A stretch of DNA of 64,000 bases from an uncultured Acidobacteriota bacterium (GCA_963720545.1 OY970399.1:3552001-3616000); one strand, 5' to 3'; positions 20,571 to 30,928 are shown, counted from the first letter of the stretch. The notes: generated by a model not told the origin, from the sequence alone. Numbers and translations: made by a program.

Positions 20571-21676
20571 GCGCCGGCCGGCAGCAGACCGCTCGCACCG
20601 AGGTGCTCGTAGATCGCTGCCGCAGCCAGCGCGCTCGCGTCGGCATCCCAGTGGCGGTCCTTCGGGAAGTCCCAGCGCTTTGTCGGCTCCGCGAGGCGCG
20701 CCGGCTCGAGCGTGTCCTCCATGCGCATGAAGTCGAAGCCTTCCGGGCGCAGGTAGTGGCGGCGCAGACGCACGAAGCGCTCGATGTGCTCGCCACGCTG
20801 CGCGGCGTTCACGATCAAGAGCCGCCCGCCGGCCAACTCGACCTCGTGGCGTAGTTCGCGCAGCAACGCAGCCGTCAACGCATATGGATCGTCGGCAGTG
20901 GTGCGCGGGATGGCGACCTCGAACAGGTTCAGCACGGCCTGGAACGCAGGGGTTGCCGACTCGCGGCTGCGCGCGAAGTTCCAAAGCTCCGAGTCCTGAC
21001 CCAGCCGCAGACGCACGCGCTGCCAGGCGGTGAGCACGGGCACCGGCGAGTTGTGCGCGACCAGTGACGCGCCGGCGAGCGTGAAATACGGCTTGTAGTA
21101 GGAGAGGTACTCGAAGTCGCGGGTGTTCTCCTCGAAATCGTTGTCGCACATCAGCAGCAACACGATCTTTGGCGAGAGCCGCGCGCCGGCTTCCTTGAAC
21201 AGGATCAGCTCCTGGTCGGTCGAGTAGCCGCTCAGGCTCATGCTGGTGACATCGGCTTTGACGTGGTCGATGGCGAACTGGTGCTGCAGGAACGCGGCGA
21301 CGGTGTGATCCTCGTCGAGGCCGACGCCGAAGCCGAACGAGTCGCCGAGCACCAGCACCCGGCCAAAGCCTCCCGGTGTGGCCGCCGCGATTTCGGCGCC
21401 GCGCACACCCAGGGAATTGATGCGTACTGCGGCGCGGTCGGCGCCGCCCTCGATATGGGTCGATCCTTGCGAGAGCCGCCGCCCGATCCAGCCCTTGGTG
21501 GCGTCGTAGGTCCAGACCCCGCGGTCGTCGTCTTCGGCGTCCGCAATCGCCGGGTAGTGGATGCGGGCGATGCGCAGCCCGGCTTCCGCTCCGAGGACCA
21601 GCAGCCCCAGCACCAGGCAGTTCACGCCCGCCAGGCGGAGGACCGTCAGCAGCTGGCTCCCGGGACCGCGTTTCAT
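20432..21676 (-). CDS. Membrane-anchored SGNH/GDSL hydrolase-family protein
   Basis: INSLGVRG, VLVLGDSFGFG, SGYSTDQ, DND and DRHW; N-terminal TM helix. Confidence 0.82.
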   Translation of the reverse strand: MKRGPGSQLLTVLRLAGVNCLVLGLLVLGAEAGLRIARIHYPAIADAEDDDRGVWTYDATKGWIGRRLSQGSTHIEGGADRAAVRINSLGVRGAEIAAATPGGFGRVLVLGDSFGFGVGLDEDHTVAAFLQHQFAIDHVKADVTSMSLSGYSTDQELILFKEAGARLSPKIVLLLMCDNDFEENTRDFEYLSYYKPYFTLAGASLVAHNSPVPVLTAWQRVRLRLGQDSELWNFARSRESATPAFQAVLNLFEVAIPRTTADDPYALTAALLRELRHEVELAGGRLLIVNAAQRGEHIERFVRLRRHYLRPEGFDFMRMEDTLEPARLAEPTKRWDFPKDRHWDADASALAAAAIYEHLGASGLLPAGAQSVRSASTGSMDAMRRAGTSPAQTLTSTSTATDKAKVALSKVPMP

Positions 21677-21748
21677 ACGAGGGGCCGAACGCTACGCCTC
21701 TCGAGGCGGCACCACAATGGCAGCCGTCACCGCGGCTGCCAGGGGCTG

Positions 21749-23686
21749 TCAGGGCAGCTGGATCACGGAAACTGCAGCCAGGGCACGGGGCGGACCGTCC
21801 CCTTGGGCGTCCGCGAACACGAGGCAGATCCGATTATCGCCCTCGACCAGTGCCTGCCGTGACGCGACGAACGGGAGATTCGCCCACCCTTCGTCGAGCG
21901 CGCCGAGCGCGGCCTCGACGCCGTTGACGCTGACGGACACCCGGACGGTGCCTTCGCCAGGGGCGGCGCGGGCAGCGATGATGCCCCGCATGTCGAATGG
22001 CTGGCGCAAGGGAACGCGGACGCAAGCCCTTGGAGAGTGCGCCCAGCGGAACTGCGGCCAGCCCTCGCGCAGCCGCGCTCTCGACCACCCCTCGGCGAGA
22101 TAGGGGCTCTCGACCGCTCCCACCTCGATGCTGCCGGAAGGATTGACGTTGGTGTAGAAGTACTCGCCGACGCCGATGTTGTACGCCAGCGCACGGCCCG
22201 CTTTCCCCGCCACGGCGCCGAGCCCCGCATCGAGAGCGTCCTGGACATTGCGAGCCTGCAGCACGGCTACTTTCGCGAGCGGCGCCGTCGTGGGGAAGAG
22301 GTGCTCCTCGAATCCCCTGATGAAGCCGAGATTCCAGCCGACGAGCAGCAGGCCGATCGTGAGCGGTGCGAGCATGGGACGCGCACGCACAGCGCGCGAC
22401 AGTCGCAGCGCAATTTCAGCGACACCGACCGCGATCAACGGCATCACGAAGTCGAAGCGGCGCGCTCCGAACGCATCGGATGCAGCCCAGTCCTGCACTC
22501 CGCCGTTCAACCAGGCGTTCGCGAACCAGACGAGCAGTCCGCCGATACCCAGAAGCGGGTGCGCCGGAGCGAGCAACACGAGGCCGACGATGCCGGCGGC
22601 CGCGATCGGCGTCCACGTGAACAGGCCGTGATCCGCCGAGAGCAGGACGTCGCGCAGGTGCGGAGAACTCCAATCGATGAACCCGGACCCTTGCGGCATG
22701 GTGATCGCATGACCGTAGAGCACGCGCCACGCGGCAGCTTGTGGCGCGAACATCAAGAGCGCGACCACGGCCGCGCCGGCAACCCATCCGACACGGGTTC
22801 GCGACCGGGACAGTTGCATGACGGCGAGCGCCGCCGGGAGCATCGCAAACAGCACCGCCTGCCAACGCACCAGGGCGAGCAGACCCGTTGCTCCGCCAAG
22901 CATCAGCCAGCTGCACAACGCCGGCGTGCGCTCCGCACGATCGAGGGCCCACACTGCAGCGGCCGCCGCGGCAAAAGCCAACCCATGGGCCATCGTGGGC
23001 AGTACGAGGACATAGTAAGCAACGCTCGAAGCACCCACCGTCGCGAGTACGGCTCCTGCTGCCACTGGGTATCCGGCTCGGGCTGCGATCATCCGGGCCA
23101 GTAGGAGAGCCCCAAGAACCGCCCAGCACAACGTGCCAGCGGCGCACGCCCGCCAGTAAGGCGCGCTGAAGCCGTCATCGGCAAAGCGCTTACGGCCCAG
23201 GCCGTTTGCCACACGGACGTAGACGTGCGCGGTCGCATAGAACGGCGCCCAAACGATGGCCGGGCCGATTCCCTGGGAGTTGCCGCGCATGCCGGTTGCA
23301 GTAATTGCGCCCGGTTCATGGCCCCAGCGCTGCCGCTCGTTCGCAAAATCGAGATCGCGGTCGAACGCGAGCGAATGCAGATAGGCGAAGTAGTTGGTGG
23401 CGTCGGCGCGTTTCAGTTCCGGCTGAAACCACGAGCCGGCCAGCATCGCCGCGCCGCAGCAAAACGCCGCCAGCGGGGCGGAGTCGAACCGGGAAGACGG
23501 TCGCAGCAGCGCGGCAATCCCGAGGCAAATGGCTGCAACGACCGCGGTCGCGGCGTGTGGGTCGATGAATGTCAGGAACGAGGCGACAACTCCGGCGACC
23601 AGGGCAAGCGCGCCTGGTCGCGCGACGGATTTTGGTCCGCGGTCTGGGGCGCCGGCGGCCATGTGCGGCCAATCGTACTCTGGCAA
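21749..23686 (-). CDS. Polytopic membrane protein, GT-C glycosyltransferase-like, with a C-terminal soluble domain
   Basis: DATNYFAYLHSLAFDRDLDFANE, GPAIVWAPF, HGLFTWTP and FGARRF; start is 23686 or 23662. Confidence 0.7.
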   Translation of the reverse strand: MPEYDWPHMAAGAPDRGPKSVARPGALALVAGVVASFLTFIDPHAATAVVAAICLGIAALLRPSSRFDSAPLAAFCCGAAMLAGSWFQPELKRADATNYFAYLHSLAFDRDLDFANERQRWGHEPGAITATGMRGNSQGIGPAIVWAPFYATAHVYVRVANGLGRKRFADDGFSAPYWRACAAGTLCWAVLGALLLARMIAARAGYPVAAGAVLATVGASSVAYYVLVLPTMAHGLAFAAAAAAVWALDRAERTPALCSWLMLGGATGLLALVRWQAVLFAMLPAALAVMQLSRSRTRVGWVAGAAVVALLMFAPQAAAWRVLYGHAITMPQGSGFIDWSSPHLRDVLLSADHGLFTWTPIAAAGIVGLVLLAPAHPLLGIGGLLVWFANAWLNGGVQDWAASDAFGARRFDFVMPLIAVGVAEIALRLSRAVRARPMLAPLTIGLLLVGWNLGFIRGFEEHLFPTTAPLAKVAVLQARNVQDALDAGLGAVAGKAGRALAYNIGVGEYFYTNVNPSGSIEVGAVESPYLAEGWSRARLREGWPQFRWAHSPRACVRVPLRQPFDMRGIIAARAAPGEGTVRVSVSVNGVEAALGALDEGWANLPFVASRQALVEGDNRICLVFADAQGDGPPRALAAVSVIQLP

Positions 23687-23709
23687 TCGTCAGTATCGCC
23701 GGCGCGACC

Positions 23710-25674
23710 TCAACCCGTTGGGCAGGAAGAAACGGCCGGGTCCGAGTTGACGGCAACCTCCCAGAACAGAAGCGACGACTCGGGTCCCTGGTCTGCGCTG
23801 ACCAGTTCGATTCTGTTGCGGCCCTTATGGAGGGCGGCGCCTGGAACGCACGCGTCGTGGGTTCCGATCCGGTTGGGGTCCAACCGGAGACGCAACCTCG
23901 CGATCGGTACTCCGTTCGCCTTCACATCGACAACTGGTTCGGCGTCGGTTCTCACTGGGTCGATGCGGAACCGCAGCGTCAGGGTCGCGGGCTCGTCCAC
24001 GGGCACGTAGACCGTCGTCTGGCGGCTCCGACTCGATCGAACAGTGATGTTGCCTCGCGCATGTGGCGGCCCCCATCCCGGTCCGAACAGGAACCAATCG
24101 GTCAAGCCTGCCGAGATGCGCGCCGAGCGCGACCGCAGGTCCTCCGCCACTCGAGCGTAGTGAATCGCGCAGGCGGCGAGCCAGAGCGCCAGCAGGACGC
24201 CGATGGCCGCGAGGATGCATGTGAAGTGGCGTCGCTCCAGACGGAACAGCAACGGCACGCTCGCTGCAGCCGCGCCCACCGCGATCAGATAGAAGGGGTA
24301 GGCCGGCATCGTGAACCGCCACTCACCGCCGCCGAGAATGCCGAAGGTGAACGAATACGGGAGCAATACCGCGAGCAGTCCCACCAAAAGGATCCGACCA
24401 GCCCCGGAGAACAGGAACATCACCAGTCCAACGACAGACAGCCGCGACAGCCAGACGCCCACGCCTGGAACGACGTATTCGAAGCCCTGCCACTTGTTCT
24501 CGAAGGGAAGCTGGAGCAACCCGGTGATGCTCGTGTCGAGCAGTTTCCACGGGCCACCGAGCATTCCCAGGAACGCCCCCACCCAGAAGGTGTCGTCGCG
24601 CCATCCCTCGACCGACCAGGCGATCACGGTTCGTTCGACCGCGAACAGGTAGGCCGCCAGAAGTCCGACCACGCTCGAGAACGCCCTGGCGCCGGCCAGA
24701 TAGGTCGCGAGGATTGCGAGTGTCGAGAAGAGCGCCGAGACCCAGTTGATGCCGCGGTCGGACCCACTCGTGAGCCACAGGCCCACTCTGGTCGCCGCGA
24801 TGAAGAAGGGCTCGCGAACGTGGGCCTCGTAGAAGCCGCGCTTCTCACGCGCAAAATGGAGGTACGTGGTGGGATCGCCTAGATAGGGATGGTCGTTCAG
24901 CTTCCAGCGATAGGCGGGGTCGTGGAGCTGGGTTTCGGCGAAGTCGCGCAGGCTATCGGCCCAGGGCGGCGGTTTCTCCCAGTACCTTCCGACCAGCGCC
25001 TCGAAGCGCAGCAGGCCGCCCAGCAGGACGACAGCGGCGACGCAAGTGACGGCTGCGGGGCCGCGCCAGCGACGAGCCCGCGCAATCCAACGATCACGAT
25101 CCGCACCCGGCTGCCGCCGGAACCACGCGACCATGAGAGCGCCGAACAGCAGCCACGCTGCGGTTGCCCCGCGCGTGAACCACGGGGCCAGGGTTCTCGC
25201 CCATGTCGATGTCGCAGAGGATCCGGTGCGTCGCAGTACATCCCCTGCAATCCGGCGTGGTTGCGAACCCGCCCGGCTCCACCAACATCGCCCCACGCTC
25301 GTGGCTGGTCCGTAGCGCGCCGACAAGGCGTGAAGCCCGGCCTCCAGGTTCAGCTGCTGCTGCACCTGGCCACCGGAGGTTGTCAGGGCGACCACGTTGT
25401 CCAGTCGCAGCTCGAAGGGACCGGCCGTGTCCGCGCCAAATTCGTAGCGACCACTGTCATCAACGAGCAGATATCCCGTCCATCGCGCGGTCGCGCCCGG
25501 CGGAACACGCCACAAGTCGACGCCGCCAACAACCCGTTCGGGCGTGGCGCTGGATTCGAAGAGGAGACCCTGGGACCGATTCTCGAGAACGAACAGGATG
25601 AGCGCCAGGAGGCTGAGGACGAGGGCCAACGCTGCGGAAACGCCGCGCCACCCATCCACCTTCGCTCGGCTCAC
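23710..25674 (-). CDS. PA14-like domain plus GT-C/PMT-like membrane glycosyltransferase
   Basis: ARWTGYLLV..SGRYEF...LEAGLH (PA14-like); GDPTTYL, REPFF, GWRDD; multiple TM helices. Confidence 0.65.
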   Translation of the reverse strand: MSRAKVDGWRGVSAALALVLSLLALILFVLENRSQGLLFESSATPERVVGGVDLWRVPPGATARWTGYLLVDDSGRYEFGADTAGPFELRLDNVVALTTSGGQVQQQLNLEAGLHALSARYGPATSVGRCWWSRAGSQPRRIAGDVLRRTGSSATSTWARTLAPWFTRGATAAWLLFGALMVAWFRRQPGADRDRWIARARRWRGPAAVTCVAAVVLLGGLLRFEALVGRYWEKPPPWADSLRDFAETQLHDPAYRWKLNDHPYLGDPTTYLHFAREKRGFYEAHVREPFFIAATRVGLWLTSGSDRGINWVSALFSTLAILATYLAGARAFSSVVGLLAAYLFAVERTVIAWSVEGWRDDTFWVGAFLGMLGGPWKLLDTSITGLLQLPFENKWQGFEYVVPGVGVWLSRLSVVGLVMFLFSGAGRILLVGLLAVLLPYSFTFGILGGGEWRFTMPAYPFYLIAVGAAAASVPLLFRLERRHFTCILAAIGVLLALWLAACAIHYARVAEDLRSRSARISAGLTDWFLFGPGWGPPHARGNITVRSSRSRQTTVYVPVDEPATLTLRFRIDPVRTDAEPVVDVKANGVPIARLRLRLDPNRIGTHDACVPGAALHKGRNRIELVSADQGPESSLLFWEVAVNSDPAVSSCPTG

Positions 25675-25713
25675 CGGCCTACTCTATCGGTGCCTTGCGG
25701 AGAGCACGCGGGT

Positions 25714-27309
25714 TCAGTTGGGAGGGTCGAGCTCGTAGATGCGATGCGGGCCCATCGAGGCGGCCAGGCGCACGCCAGGCGGCAACCGGACAGTGCCGGT
25801 CGCGCGCATGAGTCGGCCGGGCCGGTCGGGCGGGATGAGGTCGGTGTGGACGACGACGTAGCGGATGCCGCCGCGGCGAAACTCGCGGGCGGTGAAGTCG
25901 CTGGGGAAGAGCTTGCCGAGAACGCCGTAGCCGAACGGACCGCGCGGTTCGAAGGCGCCCCAGCCGTTCACCATCGGCTGCCAGTGATACGTGGACCAGT
26001 AGATGTAGGTCGCGCCGTAGTCGGCCGTCTCGTGGTCCCATGGCAATTCGAGGACCGGGCCGATGGGAGCGGCGGCGAGCCACTGGGCTGTGGGCGGCGG
26101 TTGCGCGAGCGAAGCCACGCTGCGGGCCAGGCCCACGGGATACGTTTCGGCGATGACGGCAGCGATGGCCAGTGCGGACCAGAGCTGCGCCCGCGGAATG
26201 CGCCGTTCGAGCGCAGCCCAGGAGGCGGCCGCGAGCAGAGCGAACCCCAGCAGCGCCAGGACACCGAGCCGTGAGGGCGTGCGCAACAGCGCTCCGCCGG
26301 GTAGCAGCCGCAGGAGGTTGAACGGGCCGGGAACAGTAGCGCCGCCGATGCTGACGCTCGGACCGAGCGAGAGCAGGATGCCGGCGGCGAGCAGGACGGC
26401 GGCCCAGCGGACGCGGCGATTGCGAAGCCAGAGCGGCGCGCCAACGATCGTGAGCGCCAGCACGATGGTTGTCGGGAACAGCGGCTCGTTCGAGGCGACC
26501 TTGCCGGCGAGCCAGGCCTGGTGGGGCAACGCGACGTAACCCCCGGGGTCGAAATAGCTCGACCAACGGGCGCTCCAGTGGCGCGTCTCTGCTTCGGTCC
26601 GCGCGATCGGCGCGCCGCGCGCCGCGGATTCGCGCTGCAATGCCGCGCGCATCGGCAAGTACGCGAGCAAGGCGATCCCCAGCGCGATCGCGAGGCCGGC
26701 CACGAGATGCGGCGGCGGCCTGCGCCACCCACGTTCCTTCAACAAGAGGATGGCGACTGCGAAGACGGTGATGAGCACGTAGTAGCCGCTGCCCAGGAGC
26801 GCGAACAGGAACAGGCATGAGGCGGCAATCGACCAGCGCAGCGACTTCTCGTGGACTGCGCGTCGTATTGCGAACAGCGCAGCGGGCAGCCACTGCATCG
26901 CGAGGCTCTGCACATGGACCAGATGGTGCAGGCGGTACGCGCAGAAGGCGTAGCTCACCGCCGCGATGGCGGCGCCGGCTTTCGAGCCGGTGAGGTCGCG
27001 CGCCAGCACGTACATCGCGAGCCCGCAGAGAATGAAGCTCAGCACCACGACCATGTTGTGAGCAAGGATCGCGCTGCCGCCGCTCAGCAGCCACGGCGCC
27101 GCCAGCAGCGCCTGCGGGAACTGGGTCTCGGTGAGGCCCAGCGCGCCCGGTATCGGGTGGTAGATGTTCGCCTCGAAGAGGCGCAGCGGATCGGTGACCG
27201 CGCGGTGCACCACGAAAGCCAGCGTCCAGGCGTTGCCGTACACGTCGGCGTTCTGCACCACCGACGTTCCGGGGTGCAGCGACAGCGGAGCGAGGAACAG
27301 GATCGTCAC
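25714..27309 (-). CDS. Polytopic membrane protein, GT-C/YfhO-like
   Basis: LFEANIYHP, LLRTPSRL, ELPW and YWSTYHWQPMVNGW; frame stays open to about 27400, so the true start may be upstream. Confidence 0.7.
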   Translation of the reverse strand: MTILFLAPLSLHPGTSVVQNADVYGNAWTLAFVVHRAVTDPLRLFEANIYHPIPGALGLTETQFPQALLAAPWLLSGGSAILAHNMVVVLSFILCGLAMYVLARDLTGSKAGAAIAAVSYAFCAYRLHHLVHVQSLAMQWLPAALFAIRRAVHEKSLRWSIAASCLFLFALLGSGYYVLITVFAVAILLLKERGWRRPPPHLVAGLAIALGIALLAYLPMRAALQRESAARGAPIARTEAETRHWSARWSSYFDPGGYVALPHQAWLAGKVASNEPLFPTTIVLALTIVGAPLWLRNRRVRWAAVLLAAGILLSLGPSVSIGGATVPGPFNLLRLLPGGALLRTPSRLGVLALLGFALLAAASWAALERRIPRAQLWSALAIAAVIAETYPVGLARSVASLAQPPPTAQWLAAAPIGPVLELPWDHETADYGATYIYWSTYHWQPMVNGWGAFEPRGPFGYGVLGKLFPSDFTAREFRRGGIRYVVVHTDLIPPDRPGRLMRATGTVRLPPGVRLAASMGPHRIYELDPPN

Positions 27310-27397
27310 CGCGACGAGCGCCGCGGTGACGAGCAGGAGCTCTGTCGCCGTGAACGGCTTTGATGCGTCCGGACTGGCGTTCAGGACAGGCGCGGAG

Positions 27398-29221
27398 CTA
27401 TGACTTCAGGTCTTCCTGAAGCTTGTCCATGGTTCGCCAGCACATGGCGAGGATGGACCAGGTGGTGTTCTGCGTGCCGCCCGACACGAATGGGGCGGCG
27501 TCGGCCAGGTAGACGTTCTTCACGTCGTGCAGGCGGCACCACTTGTCGGTGACCGAGGTCTTCGGGTCGTCGCCCATGCGCGCGGTGCCGATCTCGTGGA
27601 TCGACCAGCCGGGCGTGAGCATCTCGCGGTTGACCTTGATGTCCTCGGCGCCCGCGGTGCGCAGCATCTCTTCCGCCGTATCGGCCATGTCCTTCGCCAT
27701 CTTGATCTCGTTGTCCGAGAAGCGATAGTTGAAGCGGATGACCGGGATCCCCCAGGCGTCCTTCACGGTGTCGTCGAGCGCGATGCGGTTCTCCTTGCGC
27801 GGCAGCACCTCACCAAACCCGCCGAGGCCGAAGGTCGCGGGATAGTACTTGCGCACCGAACTCTTGAACCCCTTGCCGAAGCCGCGCGCCTCGGCCGCGC
27901 GTCCGGGAAAGTCGCCGGCGCCGCCGCCGCCCTGGAAGTGGTAGCCGCGGATGAAGTCGGGGTGCTTGTCGGTGACGTTGCGGAAACGCGGCAGGTACGG
28001 GCCGGTGGGCCGGCCGTCGTCGTTGGTGGGCTCCGTGCCGATGCGCGTCGGGATGAAGCCGGTGGCTCCCGGTCCCATGTGGTGTTCGCTCAGGTAGCAA
28101 CCGAGGATGCCCGACGAGTTGCCCATGCCGTTTGGATGTGCCGCCGACTTCGAATTGAGGAGGATGCGGGTGCTGTCGACGCAGCCGGCGCCGAGCACAA
28201 CCACCTTCGACTTGAAGTCCATCACCTCTTTGGTATTCGCGTCGATGACGCGCACGCCGGCGGCGAGGCCGGTCTGCGGGTCGAGGATCACTTCCGAGCA
28301 AATCGAGTAGGGGCGAATGGTGAGGTTGCCGCTGTCGCGCGCGGGGAACAGCAGCGCGGTGGGCGAGTTGAACGACGCGTGCACGTCGCAGCCGCGGCCA
28401 CAGCCGCCGCGGCCCAGGCAGCGGGCGCGGTACTTGTGGTTGAGGATGCCGTCGGTGGTGACGCCGGCGCGGCCGGCGATGTACTTGCGGTCGGGATACT
28501 TCGCCTCGACGGCGCGCTTGAACGTGGTCTCGACGCAGTTCATCTTGATGGCGCGCTGGTAGATGCCGTCGGGCACCGCCATCAGGCCTTCGCGGGTGCC
28601 CGACACGCCGAGCAGGCGGTCCACCTTGTCGTAGTAGGGCGAAACGTCCTCGTAGCCGATCGGCCAGTCGATGTCGAAACCGTCGCGGCTCGCTGCCTGG
28701 AACTGCAGCGGTCCGTAACGGATGGCGACGCGTCCCCAGAAGTTGGTCTTGCCGCCGAGGATGCGCGCGCGCACCCAGGAGTAGGGCGTGCCGGTGGTGG
28801 GATGCTCTTTCTCGTTCACCACCCAGTTGCGGGTGAAGGTGTTGCCGGCGTACGACGACACCTTCTTCTTCGCCGCGAACGACGCGTCATTGGCGTAGGG
28901 CCGGTCGAGGAAGTTGTACTCGGCCACGTTCAACGCGCGCATGTCGGGGGGCAGGCGCGAGCGGCGCTTCGACGAGTAGGACCACTCCATCGTGCGGTAC
29001 TCGCGGCGATGGTCGATCATGCGGCCGGCTTCGAGGCACAGCACCTTGAGGCCGTTCATCGCCATCTGAAACGACGCCATGCCGCCGGCCGCGCCGCTGC
29101 CCACGACGATTGCGTCCCAGGGTCCGTTCTTCGGGGTGATCGACGCGGCCATGCGCTTCGATTCGGCGACGACGCCGCCCAACTGCAGGTCGAGCGTCTT
29201 GTCGGGCATCTCGATCGCCAT
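27398..29221 (-). CDS. GMC-family flavoprotein (second glycoside 3-dehydrogenase-like large subunit)
   Basis: VVGSGAAGG, ARILGGKTNFWGR, CLGRGGCGRGC and SIHEIGTARMG. Confidence 0.92.
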   Translation of the reverse strand: MAIEMPDKTLDLQLGGVVAESKRMAASITPKNGPWDAIVVGSGAAGGMASFQMAMNGLKVLCLEAGRMIDHRREYRTMEWSYSSKRRSRLPPDMRALNVAEYNFLDRPYANDASFAAKKKVSSYAGNTFTRNWVVNEKEHPTTGTPYSWVRARILGGKTNFWGRVAIRYGPLQFQAASRDGFDIDWPIGYEDVSPYYDKVDRLLGVSGTREGLMAVPDGIYQRAIKMNCVETTFKRAVEAKYPDRKYIAGRAGVTTDGILNHKYRARCLGRGGCGRGCDVHASFNSPTALLFPARDSGNLTIRPYSICSEVILDPQTGLAAGVRVIDANTKEVMDFKSKVVVLGAGCVDSTRILLNSKSAAHPNGMGNSSGILGCYLSEHHMGPGATGFIPTRIGTEPTNDDGRPTGPYLPRFRNVTDKHPDFIRGYHFQGGGGAGDFPGRAAEARGFGKGFKSSVRKYYPATFGLGGFGEVLPRKENRIALDDTVKDAWGIPVIRFNYRFSDNEIKMAKDMADTAEEMLRTAGAEDIKVNREMLTPGWSIHEIGTARMGDDPKTSVTDKWCRLHDVKNVYLADAAPFVSGGTQNTTWSILAMCWRTMDKLQEDLKS

Positions 29222-29224
29222 GGT

Positions 29225-29932
29225 TCAGGCCTCCGCCTTCTGCCCGCAGTGCGGGCAATCCTTGCCGTCCTCGGTGAGGCAACCGACGAACTCGGCCTGC
29301 ATCTGGTTGCCCTTGTACCGCAGTTCCTTGTGGATGCCGATCTCGGAGGTGTAGTAGCCGCTGATCGTGGCGCGCTTGGTAACGGCGAAGAATCGCTCGA
29401 GCGCCGTCGCGGGGTCGTCGGGCCCGGGGCGGTAGACGCCGCCGAAGATGTCGGCCACCGGCCGCGTCAGCGGCGGCTCGGCGGTGTTGGGCGTCGACGG
29501 CTTCGCCTCGAACGCGCTGATGTCGGTGAGCAGCGCCTCGGTTTGCTCGGGTGTGAGCTTCGCGAAGGTGGTCTTGAACCGCGTGGTGCATTCGGCCTCG
29601 ACCGCCTCCAGCCCGGCGAGCCACTCCTTGCGCGGTTCGGCTTCCGATTCGCTCAGCAGCAGGTCGATGTAATCGGCGACCCGGGCTTCCTTCGCGCCGG
29701 GCGAATGCTCGTCGGCGGGGATGATGGCTTCGACGAAGGCCTCCGTGGTTGCGTACTGCGCGGGGCTCAGCACCTTGAGCGCCGGCTTCGCGCCATGGGT
29801 GGTGATGGCGTCGAACGCGGCGGCGCCTTCGTCGGACAGCCAGGGGAAAAAGGCCAGCGCCCCGGCGCTGGTGCCGAGGGTCTTGAGGGCCATGCGCCGG
29901 GAAACCGACGCGTCTTTCGTCGCCTGTGCCAA
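29225..29932 (-). CDS. Gluconate-2-dehydrogenase subunit 3 family (Tat subunit)
   Basis: SRRMALK Tat signal; IIPADEHSPGAKEARV and GYYTSEIG..ELRYKGN; AGGAGG RBS. Confidence 0.88.
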   Translation of the reverse strand: MAQATKDASVSRRMALKTLGTSAGALAFFPWLSDEGAAAFDAITTHGAKPALKVLSPAQYATTEAFVEAIIPADEHSPGAKEARVADYIDLLLSESEAEPRKEWLAGLEAVEAECTTRFKTTFAKLTPEQTEALLTDISAFEAKPSTPNTAEPPLTRPVADIFGGVYRPGPDDPATALERFFAVTKRATISGYYTSEIGIHKELRYKGNQMQAEFVGCLTEDGKDCPHCGQKAEA

Positions 29933-29987
29933 AAGCGGCCTCCTTACCGAAGTTCGGTCGCAATACTAGTCGCGATTGATATCATGC

Positions 29988-29997
29988 GAAACGTTTT
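29988..29997. promoter_or_regulatory. LacI-family-like operator core GAAACGTTTT
   Basis: AAACGTTT palindrome in the 80-bp AT-rich divergent promoter region of the sugar-oxidation genes. Confidence 0.4.
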
Positions 29998-30012
29998 AGT
30001 GAAAGGGATCCC

Positions 30013-30909
30013 ATGACCCTGACGAGGCGTGAAGGGCTGCGGCGTCTGGGCGGCGGCGTGGCCGCGGCAGCCTTTTGGCATCAGGGATTGCCGGCGTTCG
30101 CGCAGCAGCGCGCCAGGGCCCTCTTCAAGGTGGGCGCCACCGATTGGAACCTCGGTCTCGAGGGCAGGCCCGAAGCGGTCGGGTTGGCGAAAAAGCTCGG
30201 GTTCGACGGCGTGCAGGTGAGCTGCGGCAAGAGCGACGCTCCGGGACGGCTGCCGCTCAGCGACCCGGCGCTGCAGGCGACCTACCTCGCGGCGGCGAAA
30301 GAACATCGCCTGCCGATCGCGTCCATCTGCCTCGAAGTGCTGCACTCGCATCCGCTCAAGTCGGACCCGCTCGCGTCTGGCTTCGTTTCCGACTCCGTGG
30401 CGATTGCGCAGGCGCTGGGCGTTGACGTGGTGCTGCTGCCGTTCTTCGGCAAGGGCGCCCTCACCACCACGGCCGAGATGGACTACGTCGGCGACGCGCT
30501 TCGCGAGGTGGCGTCGCAGGCCGAGAAGGCGAGCATCGTTCTCGGCCTCGAAGACACGATTTCCGCGCGCGACAACGTGCGCATCGCCGACCGCAGCCGC
30601 TCGCCCGCGGTCGTCACCTATTACGACGTCGGCAACTCGACCAGGGCCGGTTTCAACGCGGTCGACGAGATCCGCTGGCTGGGCGCCGACCGCATCTGCG
30701 AGGTCCACCTCAAGGACAACCCGCACTATCTCGGCAAGGGCAGCATCGACTTCGTGGCCGTGGTCGATGCCCTCGCCGACATCGGCTTCGACCACTGGGC
30801 GCAGCTCGAAACCGACACCCCGGCGGGGGTGGAAGCGGACATGGCCCTGAATCTCGCGTACATTCGCGGCGTGGTCGCCCGCCGCAACGGCAGCGGCGCG
30901 GCCGCTTGA
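30013..30909 (+). CDS. Tat-exported sugar-phosphate isomerase/epimerase-like TIM barrel
   Basis: TRREGL Tat signal; LGLED, YYDVGN, VHLKD and LET. Confidence 0.85.
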   Translation: MTLTRREGLRRLGGGVAAAAFWHQGLPAFAQQRARALFKVGATDWNLGLEGRPEAVGLAKKLGFDGVQVSCGKSDAPGRLPLSDPALQATYLAAAKEHRLPIASICLEVLHSHPLKSDPLASGFVSDSVAIAQALGVDVVLLPFFGKGALTTTAEMDYVGDALREVASQAEKASIVLGLEDTISARDNVRIADRSRSPAVVTYYDVGNSTRAGFNAVDEIRWLGADRICEVHLKDNPHYLGKGSIDFVAVVDALADIGFDHWAQLETDTPAGVEADMALNLAYIRGVVARRNGSGAAA

Positions 30910-30928
30910 GACATTTCCCGGAGGGCTC

